Of a stretch of 64,000 bases of DNA, positions 44,850-60,500 are shown piece by piece; the stretch's first letter is position 1, and the number at the start of each line of letters is the position of its first letter. A program made the translations under genes and the position numbers. The notes below the pieces were generated by a model. It was not told the origin of the DNA, ran no database searches, and worked only from the letters and a program-made list of their open reading frames with translations. Location of the stretch: contig JASTWF010000325.1 in assembly GCA_030390025.1 (NCBI GenBank), positions 124,001-188,000 on the forward strand, in the 5' to 3' direction. The stretch comes from Squalus acanthias. Its lineage: Eukaryota.

Positions 44850-47800
44850 TAGATTGTACCTGGACAGTGTATATTGATTGTACCTGGACAGTGTATATAG
44901 ATTGTACCTGGACAGTGTATATTGATTGTACCTGGACAGTGTATATAGATTGTACCTGGACAGTGTATATTGATTGTACCTGGACAGTGTATATAGATTG
45001 TACCTGGACAGTGTATATTGATTGTACCTGGACAGTGTATATTGATTGTACCTGGACAGTGTATATAGATTGTACCTGGACAGTGTATATTGATTGTACC
45101 TGGACAGTGTATATAGATTGTACCTGGACAGTGTATATAGATTGTACCTGGACAGTGTATATTGATTGTACCTGGACAGTGTATATAGATTGTACCTGGA
45201 CAGTGTATATAGATTGTACCTGGACAGTGTATATTGATTGTACCTGGACAGTGTATATAGATTGTACCTGGACAGTGTATATAGATTGTACCTGGACAGT
45301 GTATATTGATTGTACCTGGACAGTGTATATTGATTGTACCTGGACAGTGTATATTGATTGTACCTGGACAGTGTATATTGATTGTACCTGGACAGTGTAT
45401 ATAGATTGTACCTGGACAGTGTATATTGATTGTACCTGGACAGTGTATATAGATTGTACCTGGACAGTGTATATAGATTGTACCTGGACAGTGTATATAG
45501 ATTGTACCTGGACAGTGTATATTGATTGTACCTGGACAGTGTATATAGATTGTACCTGGACAGTGTATATAGATTGTACCTGGACAGTGTATATAGATTG
45601 TACCTGGACAGTGTATATAGATTGTACCTGGACAGTGTATATTGATTGTACCTGGACAGTGTATATAGATTGTACCTGGACAGTGTATATAGATTGTACC
45701 TGGACAGTGTATATTGATTGTACCTGGACAGTGTATATTGATTGTACCTGGACAGTGTATATAGATTGTACCTGGACAGTGTATATTGATTGTACCTGGA
45801 CAGTGTATATAGATTGTACCTGGACAGTGTATATAGATTGTACCTGGACAGTGTATATTGATTGTACCTGGACAGTGTATATAGATTGTACCTGGACAGT
45901 GTATATAGATTGTACCTGGACAGTGTATATTGATTGTACCTGGACAGTGTATATTGATTGTACCTGGACAGTGTATATTGATTGTACCTGGACAGTGTAT
46001 ATTGATTGTACCTGGACAGTGTATATTGATTGTACCTGGACAGTGTATATAGATTGTACCTGGACAGTGTATATAGATTGTACCTGGACAGTGTATATTG
46101 ATTGTACCTGGACAGTGTATATAGATTGTACCTGGACAGTGTATATAGATTGTACCTGGACAGTGTATATTGATTGTACCTGGACAGTGTATATTGATTG
46201 TACCTGGACAGTGTATATAGATTGTACCTGGACAGTGTATATAGATTGTACCTGGACAGTGTATATAGATTGTACCTGGACAGTGTATATAGATTGTACC
46301 TGGACAGTGTATATAGATTGTACCTGGACAGTGTATATTGATTGTACCTGGACAGTGTATATTGATTGTACCTGGACAGTGTATATAGATTGTACCTGGA
46401 CAGTGTATATAGATTGTACCTGGACAGTGTATATTGATTGTACCTGGACAGTGTATATAGATTGTACCTGGACAGTGTATATAGATTGTACCTGGACAGT
46501 GTATATTGATTGTACCTGGACAGTGTATATTGATTGTACCTGGACAGTGTATATAGATTGTACCTGGACAGTGTATATAGATTGTACCTGGACAGTGTAT
46601 ATAGATTGTACCTGGACAGTGTATATAGATTGTACCTGGACAGTGTATATAGATTGTACCTGGACAGTGTATATTGATTGTACCTGGACAGTGTATATAG
46701 ATTGTACCTGGACAGTGTATATTAGATTGTACCTGGACAGTGTATATAGATTGTACCTGGACAGTGTATATAGATTGTACCTGGACAGTGTATATTGATT
46801 GTACCTGGACAGTGTATATTGATTGTACCTGGACAGTGTATATTGATTGTACCTGGACAGTGTATATAGATTGTACCTGGACAGTGTATATTGATTGTAC
46901 CTGGACAGTGTATATTGATTGTACCTGGACAGTGTATATTGATTGTACCTGGACAGTGTATATAGATTGTACCTGGACAGTGTATATAGATTGTACCTGG
47001 ACAGTGTATATTGATTGTACCTGGACAGTGTATATAGATTGTACCTGGACAGTGTATATTGATTGTACCTGGACAGTGTATATAGATTGTACCTGGACAG
47101 TGTATATTGATTGTACCTGGACAGTGTATATAGATTGTACCTGGACAGTGTATATTGATTGTACCTGGACAGTGTATATTGATTGTACCTGGACAGTGTA
47201 TATAGATTGTACCTGGACAGTGTATATTGATTGTACCTGGACAGTGTATATAGATTGTACCTGGACAGTGTATATAGATTGTACCTGGACAGTGTATATT
47301 GATTGTACCTGGACAGTGTATATAGATTGTACCTGGACAGTGTATATAGATTGTACCTGGACAGTGTATATTGATTGTACCTGGACAGTGTATATAGATT
47401 GTACCTGGACAGTGTATATAGATTGTACCTGGACAGTGTATATTGATTGTACCTGGACAGTGTATATTGATTGTACCTGGACAGTGTATATTGATTGTAC
47501 CTGGACAGTGTATATTGATTGTACCTGGACAGTGTATATAGATTGTACCTGGACAGTGTATATTGATTGTACCTGGACAGTGTATATAGATTGTACCTGG
47601 ACAGTGTATATAGATTGTACCTGGACAGTGTATATAGATTGTACCTGGACAGTGTATATTGATTGTACCTGGACAGTGTATATAGATTGTACCTGGACAG
47701 TGTATATAGATTGTACCTGGACAGTGTATATAGATTGTACCTGGACAGTGTATATAGATTGTACCTGGACAGTGTATATTGATTGTACCTGGACAGTGTA

Positions 47801-47950
47801 TATAGATTGTACCTGGACAGTGTATATGATTGTACCTGGACAGTGTATATTGATTGTACCTGGACAGTGTATATTGATTGTACCTGGACAGTGTATATAG
47901 ATTGTACCTGGACAGTGTATATTGATTGTACCTGGACAGTGTATATAGAT
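44850..47950. repeat. ~2.14 kb (~89 monomers) spaced duplication of a ~1 kb block
   Basis: The string T A T A T A TT A T AA T AA T AA TTTT A T AAA T AAAA T starts at ~44875 and again at ~47010. Confidence 0.7.
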
Positions 47951-47999
47951 TGTACCTGGACAGTGTATATAGATTGTACCTGGACAGTGTATATAGATT

Positions 48000-50900
48000 G
48001 TACCTGGACAGTGTATATTGATTGTACCTGGACAGTGTATATAGATTGTACCTGGACAGTGTATATAGATTGTACCTGGACAGTGTATATTGATTGTACC
48101 TGGACAGTGTATATAGATTGTACCTGGACAGTGTATATAGATTGTACCTGGACAGTGTATATTGATTGTACCTGGACAGTGTATATTGATTGTACCTGGA
48201 CAGTGTATATTGATTGTACCTGGACAGTGTATATTGATTGTACCTGGACAGTGTATATTGATTGTACCTGGACAGTGTATATAGATTGTACCTGGACAGT
48301 GTATATTGATTGTACCTGGACAGTGTATATTGATTGTACCTGGACAGTGTATATTGATTGTACCTGGACAGTGTATATTGATTGTACCTGGACAGTGTAT
48401 ATTGATTGTACCTGGACAGTGTATATAGATTGTACCTGGACAGTGTATATTGATTGTACCTGGACAGTGTATATTGATTGTACCTGGACAGTGTATATTG
48501 ATTGTACCTGGACAGTGTATATTGATTGTACCTGGACAGTGTATATTGATTGTACCTGGACAGTGTATATTGATTGTACCTGGACAGTGTATATAGATTG
48601 TACCTGGACAGTGTATATAGATTGTACCTGGACAGTGTATATAGATTGTACCTGGACAGTGTATATTGATTGTACCTGGACAGTGTATATAGATTGTACC
48701 TGGACAGTGTATATTGATTGTACCTGGACAGTGTATATAGATTGTACCTGGACAGTGTATATAGATTGTACCTGGACAGTGTATATAGATTGTACCTGGA
48801 CAGTGTATATTGATTGTACCTGGACAGTGTATATAGATTGTACCTGGACAGTGTATATAGATTGTACCTGGACAGTGTATATTGATTGTACCTGGACAGT
48901 GTATATAGATTGTACCTGGACAGTGTATATAGATTGTACCTGGACAGTGTATATTGATTGTACCTGGACAGTGTATATTGATTGTACCTGGACAGTGTAT
49001 ATTGATTGTACCTGGACAGTGTATATTGATTGTACCTGGACAGTGTATATAGATTGTACCTGGACAGTGTATATAGATTGTACCTGGACAGTGTATATAG
49101 ATTGTACCTGGACAGTGTATATTGATTGTACCTGGACAGTGTATATAGATTGTACCTGGACAGTGTATATAGATTGTACCTGGACAGTGTATATAGATTG
49201 TACCTGGACAGTGTATATTGATTGTACCTGGACAGTGTATATAGATTGTACCTGGACAGTGTATATAGATTGTACCTGGACAGTGTATATAGATTGTACC
49301 TGGACAGTGTATATTGATTGTACCTGGACAGTGTATATAGATTGTACCTGGACAGTGTATATAGATTGTACCTGGACAGTGTATATTGATTGTACCTGGA
49401 CAGTGTATATTGATTGTACCTGGACAGTGTATATAGATTGTACCTGGACAGTGTATATAGATTGTACCTGGACAGTGTATATAGATTGTACCTGGACAGT
49501 GTATATAGATTGTACCTGGACAGTGTATATTGATTGTACCTGGACAGTGTATATAGATTGTACCTGGACAGTGTATATTGATTGTACCTGGACAGTGTAT
49601 ATAGATTGTACCTGGACAGTGTATATAGATTGTACCTGGACAGTGTATATTGATTGTACCTGGACAGTGTATATAGATTGTACCTGGACAGTGTATATAG
49701 ATTGTACCTGGACAGTGTATATTGATTGTACCTGGACAGTGTATATAGATTGTACCTGGACAGTGTATATAGATTGTACCTGGACAGTGTATATTGATTG
49801 TACCTGGACAGTGTATATTGATTGTACCTGGACAGTGTATATTGATTGTACCTGGACAGTGTATATTGATTGTACCTGGACAGTGTATATTGATTGTACC
49901 TGGACAGTGTATATTGATTGTACCTGGACAGTGTATATTGATTGTACCTGGACAGTGTATATAGATTGTACCTGGACAGTGCATATAAATTTTACCTGGA
50001 CAGTGTATATTGATTGTACCTGGACAGTGTATATTAATTGTACCTGGACAGTGTATATTGATTGTACCTGGACAGTGTATATTGATTGTACCTGGACAGT
50101 GTATTAATTGTACCTGGACAGTGTATATTGATTGTACCTGGACAGTGTATATTGATTGTACCTGGACAGTGTATATTGATTGTACCTGGACAGTGTATAT
50201 TGATTGTACCTGGACAGTGTATATTGATTGTACCTGGACAGTGTATATTGATTGTACCTGGACAGTGTATATAGATTGTACCTGGACAGTGTATATAGAT
50301 TGTACCTGGACAGTGTATATAGATTGTACCTGGACAGTGTATATAGATTGTACCTGGACAGTGTATATAGATTGTACCTGGACAGTGTATATAGATTGTA
50401 CCTGGACAGTGTATATTGATTGTACCTGGACAGTGTATATAGATTGTACCTGGACAGTGTATATTGATTGTACCTGGACAGTGTATATTGATTGTACCTG
50501 GACAGTGTATATAGATTGTACCTGGACAGTGTATATAGATTGTACCTGGACAGTGTATATAGATTGTACCTGGACAGTGTATATAGATTGTACCTGGACA
50601 GTGTATATAGATTGTACCTGGACAGTGTATATAGATTGTACCTGGACAGTGTATATAGATTGTACCTGGACAGTGTATATAGATTGTACCTGGACAGTGT
50701 ATATAGATTGTACCTGGACAGTGTATATAGATTGTACCTGGACAGTGTATATAGATTGTACCTGGACAGTGTATATAGATTGTACCTGGACAGTGTATAT
50801 AGATTGTACCTGGACAGTGTATATAGATTGTACCTGGACAGTGTATATAGATTGTACCTGGACAGTGTATATAGATTGTACCTGGACAGTGTATATAGAT

Positions 50901-53900
50901 TGTACCTGGACAGTGTATATAGATTGTACCTGGACAGTGTATATAGATTGTACCTGGACAGTGTATATAGATTGTACCTGGACAGTGTATATTGATTGTA
51001 CCTGGACAGTGTATATAGATTGTACCTGGACAGTGTATATAGATTGTACCTGGACAGTGTATATAGATTGTACCTGGACAGTGTATATAGATTGTACCTG
51101 GACAGTGTATATAGATTGTACCTGGACAGTGTATATAGATTGTACCTGGACAGTGTATATTGATTGTACCTGGACAGTGTATATAGATTGTACCTGGACA
51201 GTGTATATTGATTGTACCTGGACAGTGTATATAGATTGTACCTGGACAGTGTATATAGATTGTACCTGGACAGTGTATATTGATTGTACCTGGACAGTGT
51301 ATATTGATTGTACCTGGACAGTGTATATTGATTGTACCTGGACAGTGTATATTGATTGTACCTGGACAGTGTATATAGATTGTACCTGGACAGTGTATAT
51401 AGATTGTACCTGGACAGTGTATATAGATTGTACCTGGACAGTGTATATTGATTGTACCTGGACAGTGTATATAGATTGTACCTGGACAGTGTATATTGAT
51501 TGTACCTGGACAGTGTATATAGATTGTACCTGGACAGTGTATATTGATTGTACCTGGACAGTGTATATTGATTGTACCTGGACAGTGTATATTGATTGTA
51601 CCTGGACAGTGTATATTGATTGTACCTGGACAGTGTATATAGATTGTACCTGGACAGTGTATATAGATTGTACCTGGACAGTGTATATAGATTGTACCTG
51701 GACAGTGTATATAGATTGTACCTGGACAGTGTATATTGATTGTACCTGGACAGTGTATATAGATTGTACCTGGACAGTGTATATTGATTGTACCTGGACA
51801 GTGTATATAGATTGTACCTGGACAGTGTATATAGATTGTACCTGGACAGTGTATATGATTGTACCTGGACAGTGTATATAGATTGTACCTGGACAGTGTA
51901 TATAGATTGTACCTGGACAGTGTATATAGATTGTACCTGGACAGTGTATATTGATTGTACCTGGACAGTGTATATTGATTGTACCTGGACAGTGTATATT
52001 GATTGTACCTGGACAGTGTATATAGATTGTACCTGGACAGTGTATATAGATTGTACCTGGACAGTGTATATAGATTGTACCTGGACAGTGTATATAGATT
52101 GTACCTGGACAGTGTATATAGATTGTACCTGGACAGTGTATATAGATTGTACCTGGACAGTGTATATAGATTGTACCTGGACAGTGTATATTGATTGTAC
52201 CTGGACAGTGTATATTGATTGTACCTGGACAGTGTATATAGATTGTACCTGGACAGTGTATATAGATTGTACCTGGACAGTGTATATTGATTGTACCTGG
52301 ACAGTGTATATAGATTGTACCTGGACAGTGTATATAGATTGTACCTGGACAGTGTATATAGATTGTACCTGGACAGTGTATATTGATTGTACCTGGACAG
52401 TGTATATTGATTGTACCTGGACAGTGTATATAGATTGTACCTGGACAGTGTATATAGATTGTACCTGGACAGTGTATATTGATTGTACCTGGACAGTGTA
52501 TATAGATTGTACCTGGACAGTGTATATAGATTGTACCTGGACAGTGTATATTGATTGTACCTGGACAGTGTATATTGATTGTACCTGGACAGTGTATATT
52601 GATTGTACCTGGACAGTGTATATTGATTGTACCTGGACAGTGTATATAGATTGTACCTGGACAGTGTATATAGATTGTACCTGGACAGTGTATATTGATT
52701 GTACCTGGACAGTGTATATAGATTGTACCTGGACAGTGTATATAGATTGTACCTGGACAGTGTATATTGATTGTACCTGGACAGTGTATATAGATTGTAC
52801 CTGGACAGTGTATATAGATTGTACCTGGACAGTGTATATTGATTGTACCTGGACAGTGTATATTGATTGTACCTGGACAGTGTATATTGATTGTACCTGG
52901 ACAGTGTATATTGATTGTACCTGGACAGTGTATATTGATTGTACCTGGACAGTGTATATAGATTGTACCTGGACAGTGTATATTGATTGTACCTGGACAG
53001 TGTATATTGATTGTACCTGGACAGTGTATATTGATTGTACCTGGACAGTGTATATTGATTGTACCTGGACAGTGTATATTGATTGTACCTGGACAGTGTA
53101 TATAGATTGTACCTGGACAGTGTATATTGATTGTACCTGGACAGTGTATATTGATTGTACCTGGACAGTGTATATTGATTGTACCTGGACAGTGTATATT
53201 GATTGTACCTGGACAGTGTATATTGATTGTACCTGGACAGTGTATATAGATTGTACCTGGACAGTGTATATAGATTGTACCTGGACAGTGTATATTGATT
53301 GTACCTGGACAGTGTATATAGATTGTACCTGGACAGTGTATATAGATTGTACCTGGACAGTGTATATTGATTGTACCTGGACAGTGTATATTGATTGTAC
53401 CTGGACAGTGTATATTGATTGTACCTGGACAGTGTATATTGATTGTACCTGGACAGTGTATATAGATTGTACCTGGACAGTGTATATAGATTGTACCTGG
53501 ACAGTGTATATAGATTGTACCTGGACAGTGTATATTGATTGTACCTGGACAGTGTATATAGATTGTACCTGGACAGTGTATATTGATTGTACCTGGACAG
53601 TGTATATAGATTGTACCTGGACAGTGTATATAGATTGTACCTGGACAGTGTATATAGATTGTACCTGGACAGTGTATATTGATTGTACCTGGACAGTGTA
53701 TATAGATTGTACCTGGACAGTGTATATAGATTGTACCTGGACAGTGTATATTGATTGTACCTGGACAGTGTATATAGATTGTACCTGGACAGTGTATATA
53801 GATTGTACCTGGACAGTGTATATTGATTGTACCTGGACAGTGTATATTGATTGTACCTGGACAGTGTATATTGATTGTACCTGGACAGTGTATATTGATT

Positions 53901-56900
53901 GTACCTGGACAGTGTATATAGATTGTACCTGGACAGTGTATATAGATTGTACCTGGACAGTGTATATAGATTGTACCTGGACAGTGTATATTGATTGTAC
54001 CTGGACAGTGTATATAGATTGTACCTGGACAGTGTATATAGATTGTACCTGGACAGTGTATATAGATTGTACCTGGACAGTGTATATTGATTGTACCTGG
54101 ACAGTGTATATAGATTGTACCTGGACAGTGTATATAGATTGTACCTGGACAGTGTATATAGATTGTACCTGGACAGTGTATATTGATTGTACCTGGACAG
54201 TGTATATAGATTGTACCTGGACAGTGTATATAGATTGTACCTGGACAGTGTATATTGATTGTACCTGGACAGTGTATATTGATTGTACCTGGACAGTGTA
54301 TATAGATTGTACCTGGACAGTGTATATAGATTGTACCTGGACAGTGTATATAGATTGTACCTGGACAGTGTATATAGATTGTACCTGGACAGTGTATATT
54401 GATTGTACCTGGACAGTGTATATAGATTGTACCTGGACAGTGTATATTGATTGTACCTGGACAGTGTATATAGATTGTACCTGGACAGTGTATATAGATT
54501 GTACCTGGACAGTGTATATTGATTGTACCTGGACAGTGTATATAGATTGTACCTGGACAGTGTATATAGATTGTACCTGGACAGTGTATATTGATTGTAC
54601 CTGGACAGTGTATATAGATTGTACCTGGACAGTGTATATAGATTGTACCTGGACAGTGTATATTGATTGTACCTGGACAGTGTATATTGATTGTACCTGG
54701 ACAGTGTATATTGATTGTACCTGGACAGTGTATATTGATTGTACCTGGACAGTGTATATTGATTGTACCTGGACAGTGTATATTGATTGTACCTGGACAG
54801 TGTATATTGATTGTACCTGGACAGTGTATATAGATTGTACCTGGACAGTGTATATAGATTGTACCTGGACAGTGTATATTGATTGTACCTGGACAGTGTA
54901 TATTGATTGTACCTGGACAGTGTATATGATTGTACCTGGACAGTGTATATTGATTGTACCTGGACAGTGTATATTGATTGTACCTGGACAGTGTATATTG
55001 ATTGTACCTGGACAGTGTATATTGATTGTACCTGGACAGTGTATTGATTGTACCTGGACAGTGTATATTGATTGTACCTGGACAGTGTATATTGATTGTA
55101 CCTGGACAGTGTATATTGATTGTACCTGGACAGTGTATATAGATTGTACCTGGACAGTGTATATAGATTGTACCTGGACAGTGTATATAGATTGTACCTG
55201 GACAGTGTATATAGATTGTACCTGGACAGTGTATATAGATTGTACCTGGACAGTGTATATAGATTGTACCTGGACAGTGTATATTGATTGTACCTGGACA
55301 GTGTATATAGATTGTACCTGGACAGTGTATATTGATTGTACCTGGACAGTGTATATTGATTGTACCTGGACAGTGTATATAGATTGTACCTGGACAGTGT
55401 ATATAGATTGTACCTGGACAGTGTATATAGATTGTACCTGGACAGTGTATATAGATTGTACCTGGACAGTGTATATAGATTGTACCTGGACAGTGTATAT
55501 AGATTGTACCTGGACAGTGTATATAGATTGTACCTGGACAGTGTATATAGATTGTACCTGGACAGTGTATATAGATTGTACCTGGACAGTGTATATAGAT
55601 TGTACCTGGACAGTGTATATAGATTGTACCTGGACAGTGTATATAGATTGTACCTGGACAGTGTATATAGATTGTACCTGGACAGTGTATATAGATTGTA
55701 CCTGGACAGTGTATATAGATTGTACCTGGACAGTGTATATAGATTGTACCTGGACAGTGTATATAGATTGTACCTGGACAGTGTATATAGATTGTACCTG
55801 GACAGTGTATATAGATTGTACCTGGACAGTGTATATAGATTGTACCTGGACAGTGTATATTGATTGTACCTGGACAGTGTATATAGATTGTACCTGGACA
55901 GTGTATATAGATTGTACCTGGACAGTGTATATAGATTGTACCTGGACAGTGTATATAGATTGTACCTGGACAGTGTATATAGATTGTACCTGGACAGTGT
56001 ATATAGATTGTACCTGGACAGTGTATATTGATTGTACCTGGACAGTGTATATAGATTGTACCTGGACAGTGTATATAGATTGTACCTGGACAGTGTATAT
56101 AGATTGTACCTGGACAGTGTATATTGATTGTACCTGGACAGTGTATATAGATTGTACCTGGACAGTGTATATGATTGTACCTGGACAGTGTATATTGATT
56201 GTACCTGGACAGTGTATATTGATTGTACCTGGACAGTGTATATTGATTGTACCTGGACAGTGTATATTGATTGTACCTGGACAGTGTATATAGATTGTAC
56301 CTGGACAGTGTATATAGATTGTACCTGGACAGTGTATATAGATTGTACCTGGACAGTGTATATTGATTGTACCTGGACAGTGTATATAGATTGTACCTGG
56401 ACAGTGTATATTGATTGTACCTGGACAGTGTATATAGATTGTACCTGGACAGTGTATATTGATTGTACCTGGACAGTGTATATTGATTGTACCTGGACAG
56501 TGTATATTGATTGTACCTGGACAGTGTATATTGATTGTACCTGGACAGTGTATATAGATTGTACCTGGACAGTGTATATAGATTGTACCTGGACAGTGTA
56601 TATAGATTGTACCTGGACAGTGTATATAGATTGTACCTGGACAGTGTATATTGATTGTACCTGGACAGTGTATATAGATTGTACCTGGACAGTGTATATT
56701 GATTGTACCTGGACAGTGTATATAGATTGTACCTGGACAGTGTATATAGATTGTACCTGGACAGTGTATATTGATTGTACCTGGACAGTGTATATAGATT
56801 GTACCTGGACAGTGTATATAGATTGTACCTGGACAGTGTATATAGATTGTACCTGGACAGTGTATATAGATTGTACCTGGACAGTGTATATTGATTGTAC

Positions 56901-59900
56901 CTGGACAGTGTATATTGATTGTACCTGGACAGTGTATATAGATTGTACCTGGACAGTGTATATAGATTGTACCTGGACAGTGTATATAGATTGTACCTGG
57001 ACAGTGTATATAGATTGTACCTGGACAGTGTATATAGATTGTACCTGGACAGTGTATATAGATTGTACCTGGACAGTGTATATAGATTGTACCTGGACAG
57101 TGTATATAGATTGTACCTGGACAGTGTATATTGATTGTACCTGGACAGTGTATATAGATTGTACCTGGACAGTGTATATAGATTGTACCTGGACAGTGTA
57201 TATTGATTGTACCTGGACAGTGTATATAGATTGTACCTGGACAGTGTATATAGATTGTACCTGGACAGTGTATATAGATTGTACCTGGACAGTGTATATT
57301 GATTGTACCTGGACAGTGTATATTGATTGTACCTGGACAGTGTATATAGATTGTACCTGGACAGTGTATATAGATTGTACCTGGACAGTGTATATAGATT
57401 GTACCTGGACAGTGTATATAGATTGTACCTGGACAGTGTATATAGATTGTACCTGGACAGTGTATATAGATTGTACCTGGACAGTGTATATAGATTGTAC
57501 CTGGACAGTGTATATTGATTGTACCTGGACAGTGTATATAGATTGTACCTGGACAGTGTATATTAGATTGTACCTGGACAGTGTATATTGATTGTACCTG
57601 GACAGTGTATATTGATTGTACCTGGACAGTGTATATTGATTGTACCTGGACAGTGTATATGATTGTACCTGGACAGTGTATATAGATTGTACCTGGACAG
57701 TGTATATTGATTGTACCTGGACAGTGTATATTGATTGTACCTGGACAGTGTATATTAGATTGTACCTGGACAGTGTATATAGATTGTACCTGGACAGTGT
57801 ATATTGATTGTACCTGGACAGTGTATATAGATTGTACCTGGACAGTGTATATGATTGTACCTGGACAGTGTATATAGATTGTACCTGGACAGTGTATATT
57901 GATTGTACCTGGACAGTGTATATTGATTGTACCTGGACAGTGTATATTGATTGTACCTGGACAGTGTATATAGATTGTACCTGGACAGTGTATATTGATT
58001 GTACCTGGACAGTGTATATAGATTGTACCTGGACAGTGTATATAGATTGTACCTGGACAGTGTATATAGATTGTACCTGGACAGTGTATATTGATTGTAC
58101 CTGGACAGTGTATATAGATTGTACCTGGACAGTGTATATAGATTGTACCTGGACAGTGTATATTGATTGTACCTGGACAGTGTATATAGATTGTACCTGG
58201 ACAGTGTATATAGATTGTACCTGGACAGTGTATATTGATTGTACCTGGACAGTGTATATTGATTGTACCTGGACAGTGTATATTGATTGTACCTGGACAG
58301 TGTATATTGATTGTACCTGGACAGTGTATATTGATTGTACCTGGACAGTGTATATAGATTGTACCTGGACAGTGTATATTGATTGTACCTGGACAGTGTA
58401 TATTGATTGTACCTGGACAGTGTATATTGATTGTACCTGGACAGTGTATATAGATTGTACCTGGACAGTGTATATTGATTGTACCTGGACAGTGTATATA
58501 GATTGTACCTGGACAGTGTATATTGATTGTACCTGGACAGTGTATATTGATTGTACCTGGACAGTGTATATTGATTGTACCTGGACAGTGTATATTGATT
58601 GTACCTGGACAGTGTATATTGATTGTACCTGGACAGTGTATATAGATTGTACCTGGACAGTGTATATAGATTGTACCTGGACAGTGTATATTGATTGTAC
58701 CTGGACAGTGTATATAGATTGTACCTGGACAGTGTATATAGATTGTACCTGGACAGTGTATATTGATTGTACCTGGACAGTGTATATTGATTGTACCTGG
58801 ACAGTGTATATTGATTGTACCTGGACAGTGTATATTGATTGTACCTGGACAGTGTATATAGATTGTACCTGGACAGTGTATATAGATTGTACCTGGACAG
58901 TGTATATAGATTGTACCTGGACAGTGTATATTGATTGTACCTGGACAGTGTATATAGATTGTACCTGGACAGTGTATATTGATTGTACCTGGACAGTGTA
59001 TATAGATTGTACCTGGACAGTGTATATAGATTGTACCTGGACAGTGTATATAGATTGTACCTGGACAGTGTATATTGATTGTACCTGGACAGTGTATATA
59101 GATTGTACCTGGACAGTGTATATAGATTGTACCTGGACAGTGTATATTGATTGTACCTGGACAGTGTATATAGATTGTACCTGGACAGTGTATATAGATT
59201 GTACCTGGACAGTGTATATTGATTGTACCTGGACAGTGTATATTGATTGTACCTGGACAGTGTATATTGATTGTACCTGGACAGTGTATATTGATTGTAC
59301 CTGGACAGTGTATATAGATTGTACCTGGACAGTGTATATAGATTGTACCTGGACAGTGTATATAGATTGTACCTGGACAGTGTATATTGATTGTACCTGG
59401 ACAGTGTATATAGATTGTACCTGGACAGTGTATATAGATTGTACCTGGACAGTGTATATAGATTGTACCTGGACAGTGTATATTGATTGTACCTGGACAG
59501 TGTATATAGATTGTACCTGGACAGTGTATATAGATTGTACCTGGACAGTGTATATAGATTGTACCTGGACAGTGTATATTGATTGTACCTGGACAGTGTA
59601 TATAGATTGTACCTGGACAGTGTATATTGATTGTACCTGGACAGTGTATATTGATTGTACCTGGACAGTGTATATTGATTGTACCTGGACAGTGTATATA
59701 GATTGTACCTGGACAGTGTATATAGATTGTACCTGGACAGTGTATATAGATTGTACCTGGACAGTGTATATAGATTGTACCTGGACAGTGTATATTGATT
59801 GTACCTGGACAGTGTATATAGATTGTACCTGGACAGTGTATATTGATTGTACCTGGACAGTGTATATAGATTGTACCTGGACAGTGTATATAGATTGTAC

Positions 59901-60500
59901 CTGGACAGTGTATATTGATTGTACCTGGACAGTGTATATAGATTGTACCTGGACAGTGTATATAGATTGTACCTGGACAGTGTATATTGATTGTACCTGG
60001 ACAGTGTATATTGATTGTACCTGGACAGTGTATATTGATTGTACCTGGACAGTGTATATTGATTGTACCTGGACAGTGTATATTGATTGTACCTGGACAG
60101 TGTATATAGATTGTACCTGGACAGTGTATATTGATTGTACCTGGACAGTGTATATTGATTGTACCTGGACAGTGTATATTGATTGTACCTGGACAGTGTA
60201 TATTGATTGTACCTGGACAGTGTATATTAGATTGTACCTGGACAGTGTATATTGATTGTACCTGGACAGTGTATATTGATTGTACCTGGACAGTGTATAT
60301 TGATTGTACCTGGACAGTGTATATTGATTGTACCTGGACAGTGTATATTGATTGTACCTGGACAGTGTATATTGATTGTACCTGGACAGTGTATATAGAT
60401 TGTACCTGGACAGTGTATATAGATTGTACCTGGACAGTGTATATAGATTGTACCTGGACAGTGTATATAGATTGTACCTGGACAGTGTATATAGATTGTA
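48000..60500. repeat. ~4.87 kb (~203 monomers) block duplication plus a partial third copy ~5.4 kb further on
   Basis: Identical 167-aa ORFs (20 consecutive A-type units) at 50492 and 55360 (offset 4868). The string AAA T A T AAA T AA T AA TTTT AAA T AAA T AAA T starts at ~48590, ~53460 and ~58860. Confidence 0.8.
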